A stretch of DNA of 64,000 bases, taken from Octopus sinensis (Eukaryota). The notes beneath the pieces are model-generated. The model ran no database searches, was not told where the DNA came from, and worked only from the letters and a program-made list of their open reading frames with translations. Where the stretch lies: contig NC_043006.1 of the NCBI RefSeq assembly GCF_006345805.1, positions 71,052,001 through 71,116,000 on the forward strand, given 5' to 3'. Shown one piece after another: positions 28,001-39,020 of this stretch (positions are counted from its first letter, which is position 1; every line of letters starts with the position of its first letter). The position numbers and the translations under genes were made by a program.

Positions 28001-29485
28001 TACATGGTTACTAATTTAGTATGTAGTGTTGGGTGAGCTATGAGAAACAGTACTAGTTACATGAAATATTTATACATGCATGACATTTCTTTGGTGTTGG
28101 TGATTGTAATTAGTAAGTATATATTGGTATATATTAAAAACAATATGAATAAATAGGCATTGCATTTGACAGGGTAATCTGAATGCTAAAGGGTTAAACC
28201 AGTTGTATCCAGCCCTCAAATTTATGTTTTATGTTCTAACTGGCCATATCCAGCCTCTCACACCTATCCTGCAATGACATTCTAAATATATCAATGTCTT
28301 GAAACTACAAAATAATGCATAGTTAATTCAAAACAATGTAAATAAGTAATAATACATTTGATAGAAGAATCTGAATGCTACATGGGTTAAATGGTGTTAC
28401 TGTTTGTGTTTGAAGGTTTGTCCAATAAAGAATCTTTCTGATGGTCAAAGATGTCGTGTTATCTTCTCCTGGTTGGCTTGGCAAAGTCCTCATATGCTCC
28501 TGTTAGACGAACCTACCAATCATTTAGATATTGAAACTATTGATGCCCTCGCAGAAGCCATTAATGACTTTGACGGCGGAATGGTTCTTGTGAGTCACGA
28601 TTTCAGACTCATTTCTCAGGTAAGTCACTGCTCTATAATACACATACTCACTCATTCAAAAGCACTTGCACTCAGTTGCTCATTCATCTATATGTATTTT
28701 CTCAAATCTACTCATTCGGACATAAATGCTGATATGACTCTATGGATAAAAAAAGTTCACATCACAAAAATCTGGTTTTGGATGTTATCACTTCGTACAG
28801 TTCTCTACGATCTGTTACTTGTTGACCAAAGTCTTGAAAGTAAAGTTTGGTAGACAGGAACAGCGTGGAAGTTTGCTGAGTGGAGCCTGCCTGCCCTTAC
28901 ATGGTAGCTTAATCTAATGCTTGGTTTAACATCATCATTTGATCCTAGTATGACTCTGGTGGAGTCCTCTCTGCTATAACATTCATTTACTCAGTTGAGC
29001 ATGTTTACTCACTCAATCATAGTCACTCATTCATGCAAACATATAATCATTTACACATTCAAACATGTGTAAATTCACTCAAATACTCATGCATTCCTCC
29101 TCTCATGTTAAGATTCACTCTTTCACTTTCTCAGTTTTATATATTTTTTATTCATGACTGACAGATCTTATTTCAATATCTACATTTGTTTCTATGGGTT
29201 GTTTGTAGTGGATTGGAAAAATCCTGCGCAGTAGTCAGTGTGGAGAATGGGCCCTGTCCAGCGGTGGGGTGTGGGTGGGGGATGGACCCTGCCCAGTGAA
29301 TTTAACAAGTTTTTCATTGATTTAACTGAATTCTATGTTTTATTGTTTCTCTGTATTTGTAGGTCGCCCAGGAAATTTGGGTTTGTCAGAACCAGACAAT
29401 AACAAAATGGGACAAAGACATTTTCTCTTACAAGGAATATTTGGCCAAGAATGTCCAAGAAAAGATGGCCAATTTGGATAAATAA
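9942..29485 (+). CDS. ABCF2: ATP-binding cassette subfamily F member 2, complete spliced CDS (13 coding exons, 1818 nt, 605 aa)
   Basis: Join of 9942-10056, 14572-14778, 16653-16841, 17791-18058, 18456-18558, 21993-22088, 23485-23604, 24868-24957, 25577-25687, 26263-26325, 27152-27280, 28416-28619 and 29363-29485. All introns are GT..AG, phases are compatible and the frame is open. Two NBDs: GLNGCGKT / FSGGW / LDEPTNHLD and GPNGAGKS / LSDGQ / LDEPTNHLD. No TM domain. The linker [41 protein letters not shown] and the N-terminus MPSD..KK are recognisably ABCF2. Confidence 0.97.
10786..11089. mobile_element. hAT-like MITE (degenerate ends of the GTTTCTCAACC..GGTTGAGGAACACTG type)
   Basis: Related termini occur at about 13263 (GATTGAGAACCACTG) and 63296 (CAGTGGTTCTCAAC). 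Confidence 0.5.
14572..14778 (+). CDS. ABCF2: ABCF2 coding exon 2 (..[32 protein letters not shown])
   Basis: TTTCAG acceptor, GTAGG donor; start of Walker A. Not in the ORF track. Confidence 0.96.
14958..15178. mobile_element. piggyBac-type MITE
   Basis: TTAA|CCCTTT...AAAGGG|TTAA. It shares its right TTAA with the next element. Confidence 0.7.
15183..16389 (-). mobile_element. piggyBac (PGBD4-like) transposon 3' remnant in ABCF2 intron 2
   Basis: Minus strand [16 protein letters not shown], then [22 protein letters not shown], then the Cys-rich [25 protein letters not shown]. The TTAA-CCCTTTTG end lies at 15179-15190. Stops and frameshifts are present. Confidence 0.75.
16653..16841 (+). 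CDS. ABCF2: ABCF2 coding exon 3 ([21 protein letters not shown]...)
   Basis: TTCAG acceptor, GTAAGT donor. Confidence 0.96.
17025..17240. mobile_element. piggyBac-type MITE
   Basis: TTAA|CTCTTTAGCA...TGCTAAAGGG|TTAA. Related copies lie at about 28120-28390, 34040-34230 and 37455-37570. Confidence 0.7.
17791..18058 (+). CDS. ABCF2: ABCF2 coding exon 4 ([17 protein letters not shown])
   Basis: TTTCAG acceptor, GTAAGT donor; signature and Walker B of NBD1. Confidence 0.97.
18456..18558 (+). CDS. ABCF2: ABCF2 coding exon 5 ([25 protein letters not shown]..)
   Basis: TTCAG acceptor, GTGAGT donor; H-loop. Confidence 0.96.
19499..19679. mobile_element. pogo/Tigger-like MITE
   Basis: 13-bp TIRs CAGTAATCCCTTG / CAAGGGATTACTG. 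Confidence 0.65.
19680..19870 (+). mobile_element. SINE-like family B representative (GGCGTTAGGAAGGGCATCCAGC motif, (GAT)n tail)
   Basis: Other copies lie at about 7188-7440, 11640-11822, 12676-12822, 16455-16560, 21090-21290, 26800-27012, 32735-32990, 33320-33590, 37575-38000 and 41665-41900. Confidence 0.8.
21993..22088 (+). CDS. ABCF2: ABCF2 coding exon 6 ([16 protein letters not shown])
   Basis: TTCCAG acceptor, GTGTGT donor. Confidence 0.95.
23485..23604 (+). CDS. ABCF2: ABCF2 coding exon 7 ([22 protein letters not shown]..)
   Basis: TTTCAG acceptor, GTAAGT donor. Confidence 0.96.
24308..24549. mobile_element. piggyBac-type MITE
   Basis: TTAA|CCCTTTT...GAAGGG|TTAA. Confidence 0.55.
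24868..24957 (+). CDS. ABCF2: ABCF2 coding exon 8 ([20 protein letters not shown]..)
   Basis: TTTCAG acceptor, GTGAGT donor. Confidence 0.95.
25577..25687 (+). CDS. ABCF2: ABCF2 coding exon 9 (..[25 protein letters not shown]..)
   Basis: TTGCAG acceptor, GTAAGT donor; Walker A of NBD2. Confidence 0.97.
26263..26325 (+). CDS. ABCF2: ABCF2 coding exon 10 ([21 protein letters not shown])
   Basis: CTCCAG acceptor, GTAAAC donor; Q-loop. Confidence 0.95.
27152..27280 (+). CDS. ABCF2: ABCF2 coding exon 11 ([18 protein letters not shown])
   Basis: GTTCAG acceptor, GTATGT donor. Confidence 0.96.
28416..28619 (+). CDS. ABCF2: ABCF2 coding exon 12 ([30 protein letters not shown])
   Basis: Weak GT-rich AAG acceptor, GTAAGT donor. 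Confidence 0.95.
29363..29485 (+). CDS. ABCF2: ABCF2 coding exon 13 ([14 protein letters not shown])
   Basis: TTGTAG acceptor, TAA stop at 29483-29485. Confidence 0.95.
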   Translation, partial: VAQEIWVCQNQTITKWDKDIFSYKEYLAKNVQEKMANLDK

Positions 29486-30096
29486 CCAAAACTTCGTTTT
29501 AGGAAGTCTTCAATTTTTTATTACTTTTTTTTATTGTTATTTAGGCTGGACAGAAAAAAAAAACCTTTTAAAAGATTGCCATACTTCTCCAGTGGTCATT
29601 TCATGCACAAACTTTTGCATACATATGCACATACACATGCATATATGCCTACATGCAAGTGCATGTATATACTCATGCATATTCATGAGTATAGTCATGC
29701 ATATTCATGAGTACATGAACATCTGTAAGCATATGCATACATATGTAAACATCCACACGAGTACATATGCATGTGTTCACCTACATCTGTAAACATACAT
29801 GCACACAGGTGCTTACATATGAATATATAAGCATAGGCATATTTCTGTCGACATAAATACACGTGCTTACATGTGCATATGTAAGCATACATGCATGCAC
29901 ACACATTTGCATACATTCGAGTAAACATGTATATATATTTATACGCACCCAAGCATCTATGGATCTATGTACTAGTGCATTAATGTGCACACTTTGTATT
30001 TGCATGCAAATGTGATGAAGAGTTGCAAGTGTTCAGTGCATGTTTGTTGTTGTTATGCAAGATTGGTGCAACAACATCACAGCAATGACATGTTTT

Positions 30097-30102
30097 AATA
30101 AA
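30097..30102 (+). terminator. Candidate polyadenylation signal of ABCF2
   Basis: AATAAA about 610 nt after the stop codon, followed by a T/GT-rich stretch. Confidence 0.5.
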
Positions 30103-30738
30103 ACTATTGTTGATATTTTAGTTAGAATTTAAACCGAGTAAAAGACTGTTGGAAAAAAAAAACAAACAACAATTCTCATTATGTCCTTCACTCTCTCTTT
30201 CTCTCTTTGTTTCTTTCTTACACAATGCCATTATGGCCATCTGTCACTGTGTCTGTCTGAATTTGTGTATGTATAAGTGTGTAATATATATACATCATTT
30301 CTTTCTTGCTGTCATCTGAGTGTGTGTGTGTGTGTGTGTCGTTGATATTATGTTATGCTGTTGAATTCCCAAATTTGGCCAAATGTGTTATTTTCAATAT
30401 TTACTTTTGCTTACAAATAGCCAGTTCTTTTGGTCAAACTATTGTAACTCCAGCTGCTTCAGATGCCAAGAAACCCAAAATTCTCCAAGTGTAGTATAAC
30501 AGTTTTGCTATGGAATGGTGAAACTATTTTTTCGGGACCCCCCCCCCCCTAAAAAAACAATGTTTTGGAAGGCTTTTGGAAAATAGCAAATATATATATA
30601 TATGTGCAGATACTAACACTTATGTATATGTATATATATATGCACATACACACATTTATATGTATATATATACACTTGTATGTATATGTATATATACACT
30701 TGTGTGTATATACATATATATACACTTGTGTGTGTGTG

Positions 30739-30828
<90 letters not shown>

Positions 30829-31229
30829 ACACACACACACACACACTTGTATGTTTATAGCTATTTCTCTCTTATTGTCATTGTGTCTATTCCTCCTTAT
30901 GTCTTTGTGCCATTTTTCCTGTCAGTCAATTGTTCATTTCCCTTATTTGAACCACTGTCTCAGAGTTTGTGTTTATATACATGTGTGTGTATGTAGGCTG
31001 ATTTTCTACAGCTGAATGGTCTTCCTGTCACCAACTTTCACCTGTTTCCAAGCAAGATATTTTCCCATGGCCAGACAGTATTTTACAGAAGATGGGAAAT
31101 GAACAACACTGCGTGTATGATGCTCAACTACAACTATGGGGCAGCATCAAAACGAAGATATGCATGTGCATAAACACGTGTGTGTGTGTGTGTGTGTGTG
31201 TGTATAACGTGTAAATACAATAAACAAAA

Positions 31230-32250
31230 AGAACAATGAAGAATGTTTGACAAGTGAGTTAGCTTAATGCATAATGTTTTGGGTGTTTGTCCTTCATCAT
31301 AAGAAAAAGGGAGACATTGTGGACAGAAAAAAAGGGGCAAAGACTTAGAAAGCAAGGAAGGCATAAGTGCCTGGAATTGGATATAAAGGATGGGTGGGTG
31401 GGTTTGATGTGTGTGTGTGTGTTAGTTAGTATTGAAGTGGATAATTAAGTAGGGTGGTGTGAAAGCATTTATGTGAGAAAGGTTGGAGCGAGTTTGTGGA
31501 AATGAAGGTATTGAAACTTGATGGCAAGTGGAAGGGGTTATTGATGTGTGTGAAAATGTATATGATAAAAGTATGTAGGGATATGAAAACATTTTAAAAC
31601 TGAGGAAAGTGTTTTAATTTCATGAAAAGTGTATAACAAAGGTAAACAATTCAAATAGTTTGGTAGAATACTCAGAGGGTGTTAAAGAAGTGGTAAAAGC
31701 TTCAGAAAAATAAGTGAAAAGCCAGGGTTAATGCATGTGGAGGAGGACAATGTCTTTTCCCTGGGTAGAGGTGAGGAGGAGTTGCATGTGGGTATTGGCA
31801 AACTAGAGTAGTGGTCAAATAGAGGCAACAAGTGGAAGAAGGGATTCAAAGCTGTTGTTCCAAAGAAGTGTGCTGAAATGTAGAGGAATGTGTGAAGGGC
31901 GTTTGTACAAGTGCTAGTAGATGTGAAAAGAGGTGGGACTGCATGGAAATAAGTAATTTTGGAGGAATTAGAAGAGTAAGAGCAAGTTAGAAAAAGAGGT
32001 CATGAATTTAGACCAAAGAGTATATCTGGAGAGAGAAGATAAGCTATTCACTTTGAAGCATATGGATTCAGGGTTTAAATGAAAACATGTTTTGAGTAGT
32101 GTAGAAAGGTTAAGATGGATGACTCGTGGCCAACTCTGCTATGTTGGAGGTGCTTTGTAAATATATTAAGTTTGTGGGGAGTTTTGACAATGTAAATAGA
32201 TGGTAATAGATGGAATTCTGGTGTGAATATATGAGATAGGGGCTGCATTA
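31230..32250 (-). mobile_element. Possible highly decayed Penelope-like RT remnant with a downstream hammerhead relic
   Basis: Weak minus-strand resemblance (INN.FHLAIKF.TFISTNSL) to the PLE RT thumb, followed by ATGATGAAGG..CCCAAAACATTA at 31272-31304. Confidence 0.35.
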
Positions 32251-35200
32251 GAAAAGGTTCCTATGGTAGGTGCAGCGATTTAACCCAGTGAGATTGGTAG
32301 TATTGAAATGGAAAAGGCAATGTGCAAAGGGAGACCTTACTTTGTGGGCATGTGTGTGTATATGTTGAGGTATAAATACACACGTATGTATAACTGCATG
32401 TGTGTATATGTACCAGTATTCGTATGACGATGGGTGTACAAGTATTGTTTATATATGTGAAGGTGTGTGGCTTAGTGGTTAGGTGCAATACACTCATGAT
32501 CATGAGATTATGGGTTCAATTCCCAGACCAGTTGTGCAATGAACAAAACACTTCATTTCACCTTTACACCAAGTCCACTCAGCTGTGAATAGGTAGCCCT
32601 GCCAAGGACTAGCCTTCCAGTCAGAGGAAATGTTGGCCTGGTCCCCTAACCAGCAGGGTGACATCGTTTGTATAGCTAAAATGATGCAAAGTGCATCGTG
32701 ACTAGTGATGTGTAACATCTGATTTGTCAATCATAATCATTTAACATCATCTGCTCTCGATGCTAGCATGGGTTAGACAGTTTGGAACTAGTTAGCCAGA
32801 GAACTGCACCAGATTCCAGTCTGGTTTGGTATGATTTCTATGGGTGGATGCCCTTCCTGACACCATCCATTCCGAGAGTGTAATGGGTGTCTTTTATGTT
32901 CCACTGTCACGGGTGGGTGCCATTTACATAACACCAGCAATGGCCACAACTATGATTTCACTCGACGTGTCTTCTCAAGCATAGAATATTCTTTTCTACT
33001 GGGTACAAGGCCCGAAATTTTTGGGGAGGGGGGGGACAGTTGATTACACAACTTTACTGAAAGGATGAAAGGCAAAGTTGACCTCAGTGAAATTTGAACT
33101 CAAAACAAATTTCTGACAGTTCGCCGCCTTTCAAGCACAGCATATTGCCAAGGGTCTTGGTCACTTGTCATTTCTTGCCTGAAGCCCAACATTTGAAGAT
33201 CATACTTCACTTTGTTGCTCACCTCCGTGGAGCCAACATGAGATGTGATATGTGTGTTTAAAATATATACTGTATTTTGAAATAATAGCATGAAATTCAG
33301 TATAAAAAAAAAATTTCCATGCTGGTGGCATGTAAAAGGCACCATTTGAGCGTGATCATTACCAGTGTCGTGTTACTGGCACGTGAAAAAACATTCAAGC
33401 GAGGTTGTTGCCCGTACCACCTGACTGCCCCCCATGCTGGTGGCACGTAAAAGGACCCACTACACTCGGAGTTGTTGGCGTTAGGAAGGGCATCCAGCTG
33501 TAGAAACTCTGCCAGATCAACAGTGGAGCCTGGTGCAGCCATCTGGTTCACCAGTGCTAGCATGGAAAGTGGATGTTAAACGATGACGATATATATATGA
33601 AACATGACAGCTTAAAAATTTGTTAAAATATGTATGTAGTATAAATCTAGAGGACAATGCAGGCAAATATGGAATTAGCTTAACACTTTAATGAGAAGTG
33701 AAGAAAATGTCTTAACATTTAGTGTGTCCCTCATCAGAAGAAAGAAACAAAGTGGGAAGGTTTTTGTTTAGAAACGAAGGGATGGGGAAACTTCCTATGG
33801 GATGAGGGAGTTGATGGAGGTTGGAATAAATATGTAGATGAAAGTAAAAGGGTATCTGGCTTTGGAAGTGTGCAGAAGTATCATTTTTGGGCATACAAGT
33901 TGGTGTATATAGTGTAAACATTCAAACATTTTCACTTCCAAATACTGCTGCATTTCACATGGAAGATTTGGTTGTCTAAAGTCATCTTGGTGTATAATTC
34001 AACCTGCCTTTGTTGGTTTGAAAAATTCTGTTTGTATGCCAGAAAATAAAGTTAATGGGTGCTGTGTTATTGGTAGTATGAAAAAGTATGTGATGAGGGC
34101 ACTTACACTACAATATCATTCTAAAAATAAAACTGTCACATGATCATAGTTTTGATGCTTCAAGACAATTCATGATTAATTCAAAGCAATATGAATAAAT
34201 AAGCATTGCATTTGCCAAAATGTTAAACTAAAATTTTAAGTAAAAGAATATGAATTCAGTGAGAAGTTAATGGAATTCCTTTTTTTATTTGTTTGTCACT
34301 GGACTGTGGCCATGCTAGGGAACGGTAGTGAAGGGTTTAGTCAAACAAATTGAACTCAATAAAACCTAAATTACAGGGATGCAAACAAAGCAACAGTGTC
34401 GAGCAATGGTGGGACACACAAACATGTAAATGTCTGATAAAAACAAGTGCTTAATACTGCATTGGTGGATAGAATTTATTTGTGATTTAAAGTTGCCCTT
34501 GGTTTCATGTTTAGAAAAGTAGGAAAACCTAGTGTGAAGAATTTTTCAAGCCAATCTCATGGTAGAAAGGTGTTCACAAAAATGGAGACTAACACCTTTC
34601 CTCCATGTGATTGGCCTGAAAAATTAAGACACTAGGATATTTTCCTACTTTTCTTCACATGAAACCAATGGTAGCCTTAATTTACAAATAAAATTATATC
34701 TATATATTGTGTCTTCTGCTGTAGCCTTGTGAGTGGATTTGGTAGATGGAATCTGAAAGAAACCCATCGTATATATGTGTTTGTCCACCCCAACATCGCT
34801 TGACAACCGATGCTGGTGTGTTTACGTCCCTGCAACTTAGTGGTTCGGCAAAAGAAACTGATTGAATAAGTACTAGGTTTACAAGGAATAAGTCCTGGGG
34901 TCGATTTGCTCAACTGAAGGTAGTGCTCTAGTATGGCCACAGTCAAATGACTGAAACAAAAGAGTATCATATATATTTATATATATATATACATACATGT
35001 ACATGTATATATACATATATGCACACAGTTGTTTCAGTCATTTGATTGCGGGCATGCTGGAGCACTGCCTTAAAGACATCGACCCCCCCAGGACTTATTC
35101 TTTCTAAGTCTGGTAAATATTCTATTGGTCTCTTGCTGAACTGCAAAGTTATGGGGACATAAACACCAACATCGGTTGTCAAGTGTGGGTGATGGGGGAC

Positions 35201-36228
35201 AAAGGGACATATATGATAGGATTCTTTCAGTTTTCGTCTACCAAATCCACTCACAGGGCTTTGTTTGGCCCAAGGCTATAGTGGAAGACACTTCTCCATA
35301 CATTTTGACCAGCTTCTTTATCAGTTGTTCTCTGATTTCACCAATTTCTTCTCGATATCTGGACACTGACAACACATCCAAACTTGTGATATTCTGAGAG
35401 GCTCTACGGATTTTTATAGATAGGGGAGTTATCTCCCTTGTCAAACATCGTTGACTGCATGACAAGAACTGGCAGAAACGTTAGCACGCCGGGCGAAATT
35501 TCGTCTGTCTTTACGTTCTAAGTTCAAATTCCGCCGAGGTCAACTTGGCCTTTTATCCTTTTGGGGTCGATAAATTAATTACCAGTTACTCACCGGGGTC
35601 GGTGTAATCGACTCAATCCCTTTGTCTGTCCTTGTTTGTTCCCTCTATGTTTAGCCCCTTGTGGGCAATAAAGAAGTAAGAACTGGTGAGGAGGATATAA
35701 ATGGTTGCCTCTACTCTACTGTAAGGTCCCCTTTGATATAGCAGAACTCAGATATTGATTGTGGCAATCCTTCATCGGCGGATGATATTACTCATGGATC
35801 AGTCTATAGGTTATTATTACGCATTGACGAGAATCTACTCCTACCAGTTAAGACTTTTCATTATTGAGCAATGTTTACCAATTTAGGCAGTGATGCCAGT
35901 ATGACAAGAAACTTGCATCCCATCCACATGGTTTCAGGTTCTGTCTCATTACATGACTTCTTGGTATCGACTATAGCTCCAGGCTGACCAAGGATTTGTG
36001 AGTGAATTTGGTTGACAGAAACTGAAAGACCATTTTATATATGTGTGTATATATCAGTCATAGATGTGTGGTAAAAAGCTTGTTTCCCAACTACATTTCT
36101 GGGTTCAGTTCCACTGTGTGGCACCTTGGGCAAGTGTATTCTGTTATAGCCTTGGGCCTACAAAAGCCTTGTGAGTGGATTTGGTAGATGGAAACTGAAA
36201 GAAGCCCATTGCTTGCACACGTGTGTGT

Positions 36229-36272
<44 letters not shown>

Positions 36273-36275
<3 letters not shown>

Positions 36276-36834
36276 TATTTCACAGAAGTATGTACACCCC
36301 TAAAAAATTTCAGTAAAATTGCCATTACACTGATAACATCGAAAGAAATCAAACGAAATTTACACTGAATAAGATATATGTGCAAACATTATGCAAATTT
36401 GGAACACAAAACAATAAACATTTTCAAAGATATGAACGAAATATTAATTTTGAATTGATACAAAAATATGTACACCCTAAAAGATTATTTGCTATATTCA
36501 ATATTTGGTATGACCACCCTTGCTTTTAATAACTGCATTAAGTCTTCTGGGCATAAAGTCAACTAAGTTTCTACATATAACTGATGAAATTGATGTCTTT
36601 CAACTGTATTACATTGCGGGTTTTTTTCTCTCCCCAAACTTCCTTTTCAAAACACTCCACAGATATTCTATTGGGTTTAAATCAGGTGACATGGTAGTCT
36701 GAGGCAATAACTTTATCTTTTTATCTGATAAAAACTTAGTCGTCATTTTTGAAGTTTGTTTAGGGTTGTTATCATGGAACATAGAATGTCTTCCTAATTC
36801 CTTGATGCTTTTTAAGATTGTTTTCTGCAATATA
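36273..36834 (-). mobile_element. Tc1/mariner remnant (3' part of the DDE domain plus TIR), truncated by a SINE
   Basis: Minus-strand MFHDNNPKQTSK..SPDLNPIEYLWSVLKRK. The TIR starts CAGTATTTCACAGAAGTATGTACACCC, with an inner direct repeat ATATGTACACCC near 36467-36478. Confidence 0.8.
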
Positions 36835-38233
36835 CTCTTTTACTTGTTTCAGTCATTTGACTGCGGCCATGCTGGAGCACCGCCTTTAATCGAGCAAATC
36901 GACCCCAGGACTTATTCTTTGTAAGCCCAGTACTTATTCTATCAGTCTCTTTTGCCGAACCGCTAAGTGACGGGGACAACCAGCATCGGTTGTCAAGCAA
37001 TGCTAGGGGGACAAACACACACTTATATACATATATACGACAGGCTTCTTTCAGTTTCCATCTACCAAATCCACTCACAAGGCATTGGTCGGCCCGGGGC
37101 TATAGCAGAAGACACTTGCCCAAGATGCCACGCAGTGGGACTAAACCCGGAACCATGTGGTTGGTTAGCAAGCTACTTACCACACAGCCACTCCTGCGCC
37201 TATGTCACAATAAAGCCTTGAATCCATTGTTCTCTCAGTAAATGTGAGTCCTCTCACACCAGCTGCACTCATGCATCTTCTGCTGCCATGTTTCATTGTA
37301 GACATGGTGAATTTGTCACTGTTACCTTCACCTGGTCGTTGCCATACTCATTTAATACTATCTGACCCAAACTAGTTGATTTTAGTCTCGCCAGAAAAAA
37401 AAGAATACTTTAAATACTTTAAAATAAAGTGTTAGGTGAGTACAGAGCATGATATTAACCATTTAGTATTTAAATTGGCTGCATCTGGTCAAAATATTCT
37501 GTGTTTTAGGTTCAAATTGGCCAGATCTAGCCTCTCGTACCTACCCTACAATGCTACTCTAAAAAATTTACAGTCATCATCATCATCATTGTTTAACTTC
37601 TGCTTTCCATGCTAGCATGGGTTGGATGATTTGACTGGGGACTGGTGAACCAGATGGCTGCACCAGGCTCCAATTTGATCTGGTAGAGTTTCTACAGCTG
37701 GATGCCCTTCCTAACGCCAACCACTCTGAGGGTGTAATGGGTACTTTTACATGTCACCGGCACGAGGGCCAGTCAGGCGGTACTGGCAACGAGCACACTC
37801 AAATGGTGTTTTTTACGTGTCACCTGCACAGGAGCCAGTCCAGCAGCACTGGCAATGCCCTTGCTCGAATGTTTTTTTCCACATACCACCAGCACAAGTG
37901 CCAGTAAGGCGGTGCTGGTAACGATCATGCTTGAATGGTGCTTTTTACATGCCACTGGCATGGAAGCCAGTTAGCTGCTCTGGCAACGATCACACTGGCT
38001 ATGAAATAATGTACTGTGAACAAATAAGCCTTACATTTGATAGAATAACCTGAATGCCAAAAAGTTAAGCACTGGAACAGGAATTTCTGTTCTTTTTTCA
38101 TTCAATTATCAATATTTTTATGAATAAAACTGAAAATAATTCTGTTTTTGGTTGACACTTTTCTATGAACAGACAACAGTCAAATCTCTTGGAAGCAAAA
38201 ATTGAAAGAAATTTTTCTTTTCACAGCAATAAT

Positions 38234-38239
38234 TTTATT
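38234..38239 (-). terminator. Candidate polyadenylation signal of the OAR-domain gene
   Basis: Minus-strand AATAAA about 230 nt after the TGA. Confidence 0.4.
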
Positions 38240-38468
38240 CATTAACTGTGCTTAAACTAAGAACACATGGCACGGCAAAAAATATGTATAAATCATAATA
38301 ATAATAATAATAATGATAATATAATGTTAAAAACACCAGAAAATAAAAATAAATGAATGGTTGTAATACAATATATATATATATATATGTATATATATGT
38401 GTGTGTGGTGGTGTGGTGTATACCAGTATGTTGATGGCGGTGACTCTGCTAGCAGTGTAGTGGAAATC

Positions 38469-38653
38469 TCACTGAGATGTCACCAAAAACTGGGAGTGTT
38501 CTTTTGCTTTGAGGCGGAGTTGTGACAAACTGGCTGCACCACTTGTCATTTCTGATGTCCTGTATTCTGCTGCTGCTGCAGCTATTGCTCCTCCTCCGGC
38601 CTGCAGGCAAGAAGTGTTCATCATTGATCCATTGCTGTCACACACTGCTCTTC
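38469..38653 (-). CDS. Terminal coding exon of an OAR-domain (paired-class homeobox-type) gene
   Basis: Minus-strand acceptor TGTTGTTGTTTTTGTAG, then RAVCDSNGSMMNTSCLQAGGGAIAAAAAEYRTSEMTSGAASLSQLRLKAKEHSQFLVTSQ*. LRLKAKEH matches the OAR/aristaless C-terminal motif; a poly-Ala run is also present. Orthology cannot be assigned from this exon. Confidence 0.8.
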
Positions 38654-39020
38654 CTACAAAAACAACAACAGTATTTTAGAAAAGGATTACTTCATGCTCT
38701 CTCTCTCTCTCTCTCTCTCTTTCTCCCTCTCCCTCTCCTTCCCATTACTATTTATTATTATTATTATTATTATTGAGTGAGAGAGCAGTGCATGCCATCA
38801 AAGTGACATTGGGGTAAAATATACAAAGCCCAGTATACCCATCATGACTACCCGTCTGATAAGGGTACACCAGGCACATGCATCACAACCATATGTGCGC
38901 GACATGGTGATCTCATATCAAGATAAACAGTGCATGACCTTGCAGGTGGGGCCCAGTTAGAATTTTCTTCTGGTCGAGTAACCCGTCCCACTCAAAAGGT
39001 CCCTGAATAAGGGTTGTTTA

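Noticed and set aside
28434-28448. Degenerate ABC signature LSDGQ in NBD2
   Set aside because: This is the normal sequence in ABCF2 orthologues, not a novelty.
30549-31015. Many 60-150 aa ORFs rich in YI/CV/HT (also at 46.0-46.9, 55.3-56.3 and 59.5-61.2 kb)
   Set aside because: They are translations of (AT)n, (CA)n and (CATA)n microsatellites that lack stop codons; there are no protein motifs.
35238-35465. Minus-strand ORF KIRRASQNITSLDVLSVSRYREEIGEIREQLIKKLVKMYGE that looks protein-like
   Set aside because: No family was recognised, the upstream frame is closed by stops after removing the SINE, and there are no convincing splice sites.
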